A program made the translations under genes and the position numbers. Positions 28,655 to 38,688 of a stretch of 64,000 bases of DNA are shown one piece after another. The notes beneath the pieces were generated by a model. That model had not been told where the DNA came from and did no database searches. It was given only the letters and a program-made list of their open reading frames with translations. The stretch is from a virus (Duplodnaviria > Heunggongvirae > Uroviricota > Caudoviricetes): IMG/VR virus record IMGVR_UViG_3300029288_000078, positions 118,733 through 182,732 of that record, one strand, 5' to 3'. How positions within the stretch are numbered: the first letter of the stretch is position 1; each line of letters opens with the position of its first letter.

Positions 28655-28710
28655 CAAAATACGTTTTCACTGCTATGTGAATCGAGCTTTTAATTTAGAA
28701 GGAGAATGCT

Positions 28711-29082
28711 ATGTTGAAGTTACCTGTTTTTCTCACAATGTTCCTAACAGCCTTAAATGCACAAGCGGTTTCTAGTAATGAATGTTTTAATTTCTTGTTT
28801 AAATACCAAGACAGTCATGCATTTAAGGTTGAAAATATCTACAACGCCAATACTGACACCGTTGGTTTTGCAAAAAAAATGGTTATATTAGCGCTAGAAA
28901 AAAACTGCGATACAACTAAAATAGATTTTAATTTACAAGACGCAAAACAAAGTGGTTGTAGTTTAGTTGCGGCGAAAAACCCAAATTCATTAACCTGCTA
29001 TTTAGAAACAAATGTTGGTTTTTTCTTTATCACTCAAGATTTTATGGATAATGCCTTTGTTATTTGGAACCGTTGGGATTAA
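28711..29082 (+). CDS. secreted small protein
   Basis: Signal peptide MLKLPVFLTMFLTALNAQA. Confidence 0.45.
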   Translation: MLKLPVFLTMFLTALNAQAVSSNECFNFLFKYQDSHAFKVENIYNANTDTVGFAKKMVILALEKNCDTTKIDFNLQDAKQSGCSLVAAKNPNSLTCYLETNVGFFFITQDFMDNAFVIWNRWD

Positions 29083-29501
29083 TTTCCATAAAGCTCTTGC
29101 TTTCTGCGCTCAACGTATTCTGCTAAAATTATCTGAGCTTCACTTGTAGCAATTTGACCATTTTGCAATTTAAACAATAATTCTGTTTCTAATCCCTGCT
29201 TTTCACATTGACCGTTATTATCTTTTAAGTTTGGCCAAAGGTTTTCTTGTTCATTGTTCCCACCCGCAAAAAGACTTATTCCATGATCTATACAATAATC
29301 ACTATGATCAACTATTCCATATTGTCTGTAAATTACTTTTTTTAAGCCGCTAGAAACGTTCCGCCGGCAATGAGGAAAAGTATCGGAATCGGAATCGTAT
29401 CGCTGAAAGTTATCAAAATCATTGTTGTTTTCATCACATAAATAAGGTGATAGTCCACCATTATTTAAAACAAACGCTACTAACAAACCGGATAATACCA
29501 T
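29079..29501 (-). CDS. secreted His/Cys/Asp-rich protein (possible nuclease-like)
   Basis: Signal peptide. Segment DHSDYCIDHG. Confidence 0.4.
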   Translation of the reverse strand: MVLSGLLVAFVLNNGGLSPYLCDENNNDFDNFQRYDSDSDTFPHCRRNVSSGLKKVIYRQYGIVDHSDYCIDHGISLFAGGNNEQENLWPNLKDNNGQCEKQGLETELLFKLQNGQIATSEAQIILAEYVERRKQELYGN

Positions 29502-29792
29502 TCTCGCATCTCCTATGGGTTTAGTTTTCTCGTGGTGGCAATATCAGTATAGCGGAGAGGCAGCAGTCTAGTCGAGACAGCGAGTTGTTTTCAAACAAAT
29601 AATTGCGTAAAATAAAACAACACTAACAGCATAGGAATAAATAATGGACTTCACCAATAACTCAATTACTATTTATGAATATCAAACATTGCTATGCCGC
29701 TTAGAAAAAGCAGAAGATCAAGTTATAAATCTTAAAGCTCGATTAATTGATGCTCAAGAAAAGTTACAAGAATATATTAAAAAGGAAAAAGA

Positions 29793-30551
29793 ATGCCTTT
29801 AGCTACAGCTGCGCCTACACTCAAATCTGCATTGGTCGCTGCCTTTAAAGGAACTAAAGACGACGCTGCTATAACAAAAGCAAATAATATCGCTAATGCT
29901 GTTTACGCTGCGCTAATGCAAGCTATCCCTCAAACAATCGTAAACGGTAGTGCTGCAATGGGGCAAGTAGTGGCGGGTTTTGTAACGACAACTCCTAGTC
30001 CAGTATCAGGTTCTGGCACAGGAGGACTAGATAAAAGCTCTCCCGGAAAAGGATTGGATATTGCTAAAAATGATTTTATAAGCACCATGGAAGCTAGCTA
30101 TAAAGATAAAGATTTAACTGTAGACAAGGCTGCTCAAACTTTAGCAGATGCTATTGTAGCGCTCTACGGCGAAGCTAAGGTGATGACAAATGTAACAGGT
30201 ATGTTTACCCCAGGAGCTGCTGTACCTGCTCCAGTAGGCCCCGTAGTGCCTTCTCCATGGGCAGGATCGGGTAAGGGCGGCATAGAAGGAACAGCTGGCA
30301 CAGGTTTGGTTACAGCGAACTTAGCAAAAGATTTAGAAGCTATGTTTAAGACGTGTCCGAAAGATCATAAAGAAGCTGCAACGAAATGGGCAGATGCATT
30401 AATTAAGTTTGCCAAAACAGCCAGCGTTACAACCACAGATCAAGGCACGGCAGGAGGAGGAAGCGCGGCTGTAACGCCGCCAAGTGGAAGCGGATCTACC
30501 CTATCTCCAAGTGCACTTATTGGCAGCACCGGCACAGGGTTTTTAACTTAA
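29793..30551 (+). CDS. Ala/Gly/Thr-rich protein (structural/decoration-like)
   Basis: Low-complexity ORF. Confidence 0.4.
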   Translation: MPLATAAPTLKSALVAAFKGTKDDAAITKANNIANAVYAALMQAIPQTIVNGSAAMGQVVAGFVTTTPSPVSGSGTGGLDKSSPGKGLDIAKNDFISTMEASYKDKDLTVDKAAQTLADAIVALYGEAKVMTNVTGMFTPGAAVPAPVGPVVPSPWAGSGKGGIEGTAGTGLVTANLAKDLEAMFKTCPKDHKEAATKWADALIKFAKTASVTTTDQGTAGGGSAAVTPPSGSGSTLSPSALIGSTGTGFLT

Positions 30552-30552
30552 A

Positions 30553-30900
30553 TTATTTCTTGAAACCTTCGAGCATTTCTAACAAACCAAGTCCCATTTT
30601 CAATGCACCAGAAGCAATCTTAAGCCACTTCTCATTAATACCGGGGATATCTTTACCATTAAGAATTACAAAGTCTTTAATTCTTTCAAGTTCAGCAGGT
30701 TGAATGTCCATAATTTCTTTTGGTACTAACGCAATGTCTTTAATCGCAGGCAAAATCATAGTGCCAGTAGTTGAAAACTTAGGAATATCATTTAAATTGA
30801 TTTTATGATCATCGCCTAAAGATGCAATTACGCCACCAGTTAAAGCCAAGCCAAGAGCAATGACTTCCAAAGTATTACCAATATCATATTGTCCGACCAT
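30553..30900 (-). CDS. membrane protein
   Basis: ATG 30900 after AAGGAGAATATT. Hydrophobic N-terminal helix. Confidence 0.4.
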   Translation of the reverse strand: MVGQYDIGNTLEVIALGLALTGGVIASLGDDHKINLNDIPKFSTTGTMILPAIKDIALVPKEIMDIQPAELERIKDFVILNGKDIPGINEKWLKIASGALKMGLGLLEMLEGFKK

Positions 30901-31116
30901 AATATTCTCCTTAACAAGTAATGAAGCTGAGTTCTTAACACTACGTTCCCAGCGAAAAAACAGTTTAACAGCACCAAAAAAATAACTCAAGTACCCCTTT
31001 AATGCCCAAAGTCTCTGTACCCATAACATGAACATATCCGTCCTCCTTTACTTGATTGTAACAGAAAACCACATGCTCACGCACGCATATATGCTCACAC
31101 ATGCATAGATAAAATA

Positions 31117-31350
31117 TTAACACTCATCGTCTTTAATTAAACGTAAATGACACACTGGTTTATCTACTTGCTTAGCCGTGGGAATTGCTTCGTTAATCGC
31201 AACCATACGACCTTTATCTTTATCAAATACCCCACGCGGAGGAAACCAGCTGCTTTCTTGAGTGGTTTTTGACAATTCAGCTCCTTTACGGAACTGTTCT
31301 AAAACATATACGTTATTTTCTTTTATCTGTTCTTTATCTTTATCAACCAT
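31117..31350 (-). CDS. hypothetical protein
   Basis: ORF. Confidence 0.4.
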   Translation of the reverse strand: MVDKDKEQIKENNVYVLEQFRKGAELSKTTQESSWFPPRGVFDKDKGRMVAINEAIPTAKQVDKPVCHLRLIKDDEC

Positions 31351-31358
31351 ACTATCCT

Positions 31359-31535
31359 CTACTTAAATACATTTTTGACTAAAGCTGCAATAAACCAAAT
31401 AGCTATCACTGTAAGCAAAACTGGCCAAAAAACTACCATAGTCCAAAAGGTACGTTGACCAAGCCACAAATTAACAAATACAGAAATTACACACGAAACA
31501 AATAAATAAAACAAAACCCACAAGAAAATAGTCAT
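31359..31535 (-). CDS. small two-TM membrane protein (58 aa)
   Basis: ATGA stop/start overlap with the upstream gene. Strongly hydrophobic. Not in the ORF track. Confidence 0.35.
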   Translation of the reverse strand: MTIFLWVLFYLFVSCVISVFVNLWLGQRTFWTMVVFWPVLLTVIAIWFIAALVKNVFK

Positions 31536-32176
31536 GCATTTTCCTTTTTCAGAGTGTTCGATAACATTTTTAGACGTTCTTCTCTGGGAATACTTTTATA
31601 TTCTTCCACTGTCAAGGGTGGCGGTAATGACTGAAGTCGCTCTGCCTGCGCTGTAGGTAAATTCGCAATATTCACATTAACGTTTTGTACGTGACCTTTG
31701 TCTTTATCGTCCACTGTTGTAATTTTATGTAATTGATTTACTACTGACATGAACTTTTCTAGTCCGTAAATATCTTTTGGAATATATTTACAATCTGCCG
31801 GCTTTAACTCGCCTCGCATAATCTCTTGCATTTGCTTCATAATCACAGCAGTAGTCGTCGCCAACATTGTATTAACTGCGGATTTTAAAACATACTGTGC
31901 AGCTTCTTTATCTTCGTTTAAATTAAGAAGTTGTTTTTTTTCATACCATTGGTTTTTTATTGCAGTTAAAAGAATTGTATTAATAGGCCAACCACACTGC
32001 TCAGATATTTGCGTGTAATTATTTCCAAGCAAATAAAGCATAAATGGCCCTTGCTCTTTTTCATTAGACAAAATACCGCCAGAACCTCGTTCCAATTCTT
32101 TCCTTAAAGTAGAAAGCTGAGAGTGTGCCATATCGGGAGCTGGACTATTTAATAAACCTATAAGAGCGGTTGACAT
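31532..32176 (-). CDS. hypothetical protein
   Basis: Start at MSTALIG after GGAAAA; alternative start at 32212. Confidence 0.4.
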   Translation of the reverse strand: MSTALIGLLNSPAPDMAHSQLSTLRKELERGSGGILSNEKEQGPFMLYLLGNNYTQISEQCGWPINTILLTAIKNQWYEKKQLLNLNEDKEAAQYVLKSAVNTMLATTTAVIMKQMQEIMRGELKPADCKYIPKDIYGLEKFMSVVNQLHKITTVDDKDKGHVQNVNVNIANLPTAQAERLQSLPPPLTVEEYKSIPREERLKMLSNTLKKENA

Positions 32177-32571
32177 TAATTTTCCTTTTGTTTTTCTGAT
32201 TCTACATTGCAAAGAAAAAGCTGTCCACTCCAGTATCGATGTGCTTTTCCAATAATGGCAGCCAAAGCAGCGGGCGATAAATCAAACCCTCGCTTACCTA
32301 CTAAAGATACTGACGTTCGATCATTAACCTTTACTTTTGTACATTCTCCGTCTTTAGTTTTTAAACCGATCCACACAACCTCTAAAGGTACGTTTTTAGG
32401 TAATGGAACAGCAACGGACGGAATATCTTTGCTTAATACATCTCCACTCGCCGTAATAGAAACTCCTTCAATGCACGCTTTCCCTTTACCACATCCCATT
32501 TCTTGGTATCCATAAGTAAATGACTTATTCTGAGTCGCTAACATTAAAAACGATAAAAACACTGCCTTCAC
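32176..32571 (-). CDS. RlpA-like double-psi beta-barrel (DPBB) secreted protein
   Basis: GTG start 6 nt after AAGGAGGA. Signal peptide. Segment VKVNDRTS...GFDLSPAALAAI resembles RlpA/expansin DPBB. Confidence 0.5.
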   Translation of the reverse strand: MKAVFLSFLMLATQNKSFTYGYQEMGCGKGKACIEGVSITASGDVLSKDIPSVAVPLPKNVPLEVVWIGLKTKDGECTKVKVNDRTSVSLVGKRGFDLSPAALAAIIGKAHRYWSGQLFLCNVESEKQKEN

Positions 32572-32638
32572 GTTTTCCTCCTTGCGTACTGCACTGTTTA
32601 GCTGCACCAAGGAAACGCTCAGGGCGCAAAGGGGGCAA

Positions 32639-33172
32639 CTAAACTCCAGCCAAAACACTGGTAGGCAACACAACTGAACCTATGTCACTTAGATAATCCA
32701 AGCACTCAATAGGGCAGTCTCCATAAATGACAAGAGCCGCAGATAATCCCTTGTCTAGTCCAACAAACCGAAAAGGTCCTTTTAAAAACATTAAAGTAGC
32801 CTTTCCAAACACATGATCATGCCAAGAAAACGCTTCCGTTCTGGCGCTGATCAAAAAGATAATCGTAGATTCTGGCCTTTCTTTAATTTCAATTGCAGCT
32901 TGCTCTAAATAACGAGCAGCTAACGAAAAAGGTGGAACGATAAAGATTCTTTGTGGCACATCTTGTTCCTGATTAATAATCTTGTCAACCATTGGATTGA
33001 ATCGAGAACTAAGAAAATTCACCTCGCCAAAGGCTTCTTCAATTCGTTCTAAAAACCAATCTGGCTCCCTTAATGCATCGTATTTGCGGCGAAAAGCCTC
33101 GTTATTAACTCTTTTTTGATTATACTCTGAAGATGTATAAGATACAGCATCGCGATTCCATGCATTTGTCAT
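32639..33172 (-). CDS. phage Dam-family N6-adenine methyltransferase homologue with VPPF in place of (D/N)PP(Y/F)
   Basis: Segments RIFIVPPFS...SARTEAFSWHDHV...LMFLKGPFRF match the phage N6A-MTase family pattern. The start is chosen to leave a 245-bp divergent promoter region with the RNR gene. Confidence 0.5.
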   Translation of the reverse strand: MTNAWNRDAVSYTSSEYNQKRVNNEAFRRKYDALREPDWFLERIEEAFGEVNFLSSRFNPMVDKIINQEQDVPQRIFIVPPFSLAARYLEQAAIEIKERPESTIIFLISARTEAFSWHDHVFGKATLMFLKGPFRFVGLDKGLSAALVIYGDCPIECLDYLSDIGSVVLPTSVLAGV

Positions 33173-33416
33173 AAAAGCCACTCCATATATGCGTAAAAGA
33201 TGAATAACGCTAATAATACCATGAGCTTTTCTATGTTTGCAAACCACATAATAATAACTGAATTTAGATGTAGTTTTACAATAGATATGAGAAAATGCTC
33301 GATAAATTAGCACTTTAATATCCGATGCAATAACTCCTCCACGCACTAGCGATGCTTCAACCCATATGGTATGATTTCCCTCTTCACAAAACATTAGCCA
33401 ACGAGGTATTTTTCGC

Positions 33417-35297
33417 ATGAGTGATCACAGTGCGTCTTTAGAGTTAGATAAAGGCCAAAAATTATTACAACAGCTTGTTCATTTTCGTACTTACGCTGCT
33501 ACTAAATCAGATGGGTATAAAGAAACCGTTACCGAATCCATTATGAGATCAGAAGACTTTCATTTAAATCAACATCCAAAACTCAGTGATGATATCAACA
33601 AAGCATTCGATCAAGTCTATGCAGGACGTGTAGTTCCTTCGATGCGCGGAATGCAGTTCAACGGACCAGCAGTCGAAAAAGAACATATTCGCCAGTTTAA
33701 TTGCTCAAGTCATCCAGTAACCACATACAAAACTATTGCCGATTTCTTTTATATATCAATGTGCGGTTCTGGGATAGGCTTTTCGATACAAAAAATGCAC
33801 ATTAAAAGCTTACCTGTCGTTGTGTATGGCGACTCCTCTGAAACATTTATCATTCCTGACTCTAAAGATGGCTGGTCAGATTCTTTATTAAAGTTATTAG
33901 AAAATCCAAGAATACAATTTGATTATTCTCTCATCAGGCCAAATGGTACTAAACTGTCATCCGGCGGCACCGCAAGTGGACCACAAGCTTTACAAACAAT
34001 GCACGGTAAAGTTCGTTTAATTCTCATCAAAGCTCATAATCGACAACTAAAATCAATAGAAATTCACGATATTATTTGCCATATGTTAGATGCAGTTGTC
34101 GTCGGTGGTTCACGTCGCTCGTCAAGCATCAGTTTATTCGATGCAGATGATGAAGACATGCTCACAAGCAAATCTGGAAATTGGTTCGATAATAACCCTC
34201 AACGAGCCAGAGCTAATAACTCTGCTGTTTTATATCGTGATGATCCTAAACTTAAACAAAAATTTGATTTAGTTTTTGATCGACTAGTACAAAGCGGTTG
34301 GGGAGAACCCGGATTCTTGTTAAGCAACTCAAGAGATTTACTTGTAAATCCATGTAATGAAGCGAGATTATTGAGTTTTTGTAACTTATCTGAAATAAAC
34401 GTAGCAGCTTGTAAAACACCAAAAGAGTTTATGGAAGCATGTCATGCAGCTACTGTTATTGGTTCACTACAAGCAAGTTATACAAACTTTAATTACATTG
34501 CACCAGACTGGAAAGAAAAGTGTGAATATGAGGCTTTGCTTGGTGTATCGCTAACAGGCCAAGCATTAAATTGGAATTTATTAACAAAAGAAGGTTTACT
34601 AAAAACAGCTTCAGAGTCTTTAGTAAGTACCAATGAAGACATGGCTCGCAAGCTGGGAATCAATTTGGCGCATAGAATTGGCCTTGTAAAGCCTTCTGGC
34701 ACCACCTCTGCTTGGCTTGGTGTAACATCAGGCATTCACGCAGCCTACGCCCCTTATTACTTCCGTAGAGTTCGTATTGACGTTTCTCACCCTATTGCTC
34801 AATACCTGCTATCTATATACAAATTAAACGATCCAGACACTCGTTCATTTTTAGAGTTTGATAAATTTAACTCTAGTAATATCATCGTAACTATTCCTAT
34901 GAAATCTAATAGTCATGCAATCCAAAGAGAAAAAGAAACTGCGATTGAATTATTAGAACGAGATAAATTCGTTTATAACAATTGGATTAAACCATCCCAT
35001 CGCATCGGAGAAGACACACATAATATTTCTATTACCGTGGACTATAGAATAGAAGAACTTGAAGATATTCGTAAGTGGATGTGGGAAAACCGTGATAGCT
35101 ACGCTGGCATTTCTCTGTTTCCACGAGATGATAATAAGTACTCCCAAACTCCTTTTGAATCCATCTCAAAAAGTGTCTATTACCGTAAGTATTCCGAAAT
35201 TGCTGATTTAGATTTTTCTACTTTGAATTTTCATAATGTTTTAGATGAAAGACTTGGAGAGGCTGCTTGTGGAGGCGGTGGATGCGAGTTTAAATAA
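33417..35297 (+). CDS. ribonucleotide reductase-like (class II/NrdJ-type catalytic chain)
   Basis: Active-site loop NPCNE (the N-x-C-x-E signature). C-terminal CGGGGC redox tail. A thioredoxin gene lies nearby. Confidence 0.55.
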   Translation: MSDHSASLELDKGQKLLQQLVHFRTYAATKSDGYKETVTESIMRSEDFHLNQHPKLSDDINKAFDQVYAGRVVPSMRGMQFNGPAVEKEHIRQFNCSSHPVTTYKTIADFFYISMCGSGIGFSIQKMHIKSLPVVVYGDSSETFIIPDSKDGWSDSLLKLLENPRIQFDYSLIRPNGTKLSSGGTASGPQALQTMHGKVRLILIKAHNRQLKSIEIHDIICHMLDAVVVGGSRRSSSISLFDADDEDMLTSKSGNWFDNNPQRARANNSAVLYRDDPKLKQKFDLVFDRLVQSGWGEPGFLLSNSRDLLVNPCNEARLLSFCNLSEINVAACKTPKEFMEACHAATVIGSLQASYTNFNYIAPDWKEKCEYEALLGVSLTGQALNWNLLTKEGLLKTASESLVSTNEDMARKLGINLAHRIGLVKPSGTTSAWLGVTSGIHAAYAPYYFRRVRIDVSHPIAQYLLSIYKLNDPDTRSFLEFDKFNSSNIIVTIPMKSNSHAIQREKETAIELLERDKFVYNNWIKPSHRIGEDTHNISITVDYRIEELEDIRKWMWENRDSYAGISLFPRDDNKYSQTPFESISKSVYYRKYSEIADLDFSTLNFHNVLDERLGEAACGGGGCEFK

Positions 35298-35427
35298 ACT
35301 ATAACATATCTTTTTAAAACACTTATGCGACTAATTCCCTCTTAATATTCTTTTTTAAGACTTTTATATATCTCATTGACCAACTAATATTTTTCCAGTA
35401 GAGTTATCAAATTCTTTTAAAAGGGGT

Positions 35428-35733
35428 ATGAATATGAGTTCGGTTAGTAGGTTTGACTATAAAGTCTGCCAAAGTGTTACGAAAACTTTTGGTTGGAATG
35501 GATATGTAAAAGTTCAATTAGAAAACATTCCTATAACGAGCGGGCAATTACAACCCTTAACACTACGAATTGGAGATATGCCAATTGTTCTCACTCTGCA
35601 ACAAAAAGAGCATATTGCCGCAGCACTGAAAATGGATGAAACCACATTGCAAGTCTTACAGCTATTAGAACAAAAAGTAGTGCATGGCGACGCTTCTGTT
35701 CGACACAACTTAGCTCAACTTTTCGAGGGATAA
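35428..35733 (+). CDS. hypothetical protein
   Basis: ORF. Confidence 0.45.
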   Translation: MNMSSVSRFDYKVCQSVTKTFGWNGYVKVQLENIPITSGQLQPLTLRIGDMPIVLTLQQKEHIAAALKMDETTLQVLQLLEQKVVHGDASVRHNLAQLFEG

Positions 35734-35976
35734 ATGCGAAAATTCCTAACCACAACGAAACACATTACAGATTGCTATGAGTGTAATTTATTTGACCGAA
35801 CAGAAGAACATACTATTTGCCAAGTAAACAAACAGCCGATACATGGCTTTCCCGAACCAACCAATTGCCCATTACCTGATGTTGAAAAAATGGATTTAAG
35901 TTGGAAACCGATTTCACTTGATCCGGATATTCAAAAAGCAATTAATGAAAATTTTGTAAACATATTAATGGAGTAG
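35734..35976 (+). CDS. Cys-rich small protein
   Basis: CYECN...HTIC pattern, possibly zinc binding. Confidence 0.4.
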   Translation: MRKFLTTTKHITDCYECNLFDRTEEHTICQVNKQPIHGFPEPTNCPLPDVEKMDLSWKPISLDPDIQKAINENFVNILME

Positions 35977-35978
35977 AC

Positions 35979-37142
35979 ATGTTGGAATATCAAGGACAAT
36001 ACGCATCCTGCAAGATTTTTAATGACGACGTAGAAGAAACAGCTGTTCAGCAAGTTTATACATTTTTAAATCATCATGCGTTTGAAGGATGTAAAATTAG
36101 AATTATGTCTGATATACACGCTGGATCTGGCGCAGTGATTGGGTTTACATCTTCACTCAGTTCTAAAGTAATACCTAACGTAATAGGCGTTGATATTGGT
36201 TGTGGCGTTTGTTGTTATGATTTAGGAAATATCAATATCGATTTTCAAGAGCTAGATACTTTCATTAGATCCAATATCCCTTTTGGTTGCACTATTAGAC
36301 AAAAACAAGCGCCGAGAGAAATTACCGATAAGGCTTTTTCAGAAATAAAAAAAACAGACAAAACCATTGCAAATCTATCTGGTGATTTTTTAGAAAGCGT
36401 CAAAGATGTGGCTAGAAAAACTAATCAGGACGAAAATTACGTTATTAATTCTCTCGGAAGTTTAGGCGGAGGAAATCATTATTTAGAAATAAATATTGAC
36501 GCCAACACTGGACACAAATACCTTAATATCCATAGCGGCAGCAGAAACTTTGGCTTAAAAATAGCATTATTCCACCAAAACATCGCAAAAATCAAACACC
36601 CCTTTGGCGAATTAAGTTATTTAATAGAAGAAGATTTTGAAACATATTGTAGGCATATGACCGTCGCAACTCGTTATGCAAGATTAAATAGAGAAATAAT
36701 AGCACAATTAATAATAAAAAAGTTTTTTAAATTAAATGATATTACAGACAGGTATGAATCAATTCATAACTATATAGACTTCTCTGATGGGATTATTCGC
36801 AAAGGAGCTATTTCTGCAAAACTAGGAGAAAAAGTAGTCATACCTTGGAATATGAGAGATGGAATAATTTTAGGAATCGGAAAAGGAAACGAAGATTATA
36901 ATAACTCAGCTCCTCACGGTGCAGGTAGAATTATGGGCAGAATGGCTGCGAAACGAAACTTAGATTTAGAAGAATATAAACAAGAAATGGAGGGAATTTG
37001 GTCTAGTTGTATAAACAAAGATACTTTAGATGAAAGCCCAATGGCGTACAAAAACAGCGAAGTTATTAAAGCACTATTAGAACCTACTGTAGATATAATT
37101 GCATCATTAAAACCAATTTATAATTTCAAAGCATCGGAGTAA
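35979..37142 (+). CDS. rtcB: RtcB-family RNA ligase
   Basis: Conserved RtcB motifs: MSDIHAGSG, VGVDIGCG, GGNHYLEI, PHGAGR and SPMAYKN. Confidence 0.85.
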   Translation: MLEYQGQYASCKIFNDDVEETAVQQVYTFLNHHAFEGCKIRIMSDIHAGSGAVIGFTSSLSSKVIPNVIGVDIGCGVCCYDLGNINIDFQELDTFIRSNIPFGCTIRQKQAPREITDKAFSEIKKTDKTIANLSGDFLESVKDVARKTNQDENYVINSLGSLGGGNHYLEINIDANTGHKYLNIHSGSRNFGLKIALFHQNIAKIKHPFGELSYLIEEDFETYCRHMTVATRYARLNREIIAQLIIKKFFKLNDITDRYESIHNYIDFSDGIIRKGAISAKLGEKVVIPWNMRDGIILGIGKGNEDYNNSAPHGAGRIMGRMAAKRNLDLEEYKQEMEGIWSSCINKDTLDESPMAYKNSEVIKALLEPTVDIIASLKPIYNFKASE

Positions 37143-37146
37143 GCAA

Positions 37147-37302
37147 ATGACAAAAGAACAAGAAATGGAAATCTGGCTTAGAGCTTATCTTGCATATATT
37201 GCCAGTGGACATGGATATAGCGATGTTGAGTCTATAACCCGAAGTGCTAAATTAGTAGCCGACGAGTGTTTAACCGACTATCGAATAAAATTTAACTTAT
37301 AG
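37147..37302 (+). CDS. small ORF (51 aa)
   Basis: ATG after GGAG. Not in the ORF track. Confidence 0.3.
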   Translation: MTKEQEMEIWLRAYLAYIASGHGYSDVESITRSAKLVADECLTDYRIKFNL

Positions 37303-37311
37303 GAGATTAAA

Positions 37312-37611
37312 ATGAGTACACCAGCACATGAATTTTTAGAAACCGGCGCTGCACATTTAAAAGAAAGGGGTAAGACTTATGATGTTAATGGTACAGAAGA
37401 GCGCTCCATTAATAAAACAGTTGACATGTTTAAAGCATTAACTGGCGTGAAATTATCTTACGAACAAGGCTGGCTCTTTATGGCTTGTCTAAAAATGGTC
37501 AGAACTCAACAAAATGATGTATTTCATAAAGATAGCTTCGAAGATTGTTGCGCTTATGTTGCTTTAGCCGGAGAAGCAAGCAGTGAAAAAATAAAGAGTA
37601 CTCAGAATTAA
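37312..37611 (+). CDS. hypothetical protein
   Basis: ORF with RBS AGGAGATTAAA. Confidence 0.45.
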   Translation: MSTPAHEFLETGAAHLKERGKTYDVNGTEERSINKTVDMFKALTGVKLSYEQGWLFMACLKMVRTQQNDVFHKDSFEDCCAYVALAGEASSEKIKSTQN

Positions 37612-37865
37612 AAGCCGCAATTTTGGCGGAAACTCATTCTGGTACTCTTACTCATGAGTCCTTCTGGTTCTTGGGCGATTCGCTACCCTTTTAGACACCC
37701 ACATAATATAGAGCGACATTATGTTTCGGCCACACGTAAGGAGCCATTAACGTGTGATAACTGCTACTGTAATGAGCAGCGCACACCAAGAATACCCAAA
37801 GTTCATTGCGCAAATCCGTTTGGCATATTTCCTGACTGCTATTTTTATACACTCATCATTTTCAA

Positions 37866-37900
37866 ATAGCAAGACACGCTCGTTGACAACTTTATAACCA
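37866..37900 (+). promoter_or_regulatory. sigma70-like promoter candidate
   Basis: TTGACA, 18-nt spacer, then TATCTC, upstream of 37949..38377. Confidence 0.3.
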
Positions 37901-37948
37901 CCATGCTATCTCCCTATTTCTCAACTTAACCCAAGGGAGATTCTATCT

Positions 37949-38377
37949 ATGTTACCTACTCTTATTTATACAGTAATAGCCTGTACTGGTGATTTTGCTA
38001 TGAATTTTGATTTGAATACCTCTAAACTTTTAATAGGAAATAAAAGTTACACTCAAACCGAACGTTGCGAAATTAGATATGACGACAAACAACACTGGAG
38101 TCAAGGATACATTGAGACAAATATCCATTCAGAAAATGTGGTTTGTGGTGATTTCGTGGACACTTGCTATAACGAATACACCGAAGAAACAAAAGCCAAA
38201 ATATTTGTAGAAATAGATAATTGCAATATAGACAATATTAGAATTAACAGTTCATATGCAAACAGATTGTATTTTAATCCAGATCAAATAAAGCAACAAG
38301 TAAGAGACACCTTTAAATACCAAATCGACTTGGCTAAAAAACAATTCCCTAACTATCAAGTAGCTTGTCAAAACTAA
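37949..38377 (+). CDS. putative lipoprotein
   Basis: Signal/lipobox-like N-terminus ...TVIAC. Confidence 0.4.
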   Translation: MLPTLIYTVIACTGDFAMNFDLNTSKLLIGNKSYTQTERCEIRYDDKQHWSQGYIETNIHSENVVCGDFVDTCYNEYTEETKAKIFVEIDNCNIDNIRINSSYANRLYFNPDQIKQQVRDTFKYQIDLAKKQFPNYQVACQN

Positions 38378-38685
38378 CCAACGCTATGTAACGTCTCATT
38401 TAATTTTGCAAAGCTCAACTCCTTGCCAGAGAGAACAACTTTTGATATACCGTCTTTGAAGAACTCTACGGATGGAGCTTTTTCAATATGGGGAAAGTTT
38501 TCTTTTTTAAATTCATCCAAACAAACTTCCATTGCTCTAACCGAACCTTCATTGACTATTTTTTCAAAAGTTGGTTTTAGCACTCTACACGGCGCACATT
38601 TATTCATAAAATATTTAACTACGATTACTCCAGATTGTTTAATAAAAGAACTGTAATCGTCATATGCAATTGCTCGTGTCACCAT
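38374..38685 (-). CDS. thioredoxin
   Basis: Active-site segment KYFMNKCAPCRVLKP contains the CxxC motif of the thioredoxin fold. Confidence 0.7.
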   Translation of the reverse strand: MVTRAIAYDDYSSFIKQSGVIVVKYFMNKCAPCRVLKPTFEKIVNEGSVRAMEVCLDEFKKENFPHIEKAPSVEFFKDGISKVVLSGKELSFAKLNETLHSVG

Positions 38686-38688
38686 ATC

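Noticed and set aside
37654-37869. 71-aa plus-strand ORF in the 340-bp gap after 37312..37611.
   Set aside because: No RBS and odd composition. The region instead contains a TTGACA promoter-like element for the downstream lipoprotein gene.
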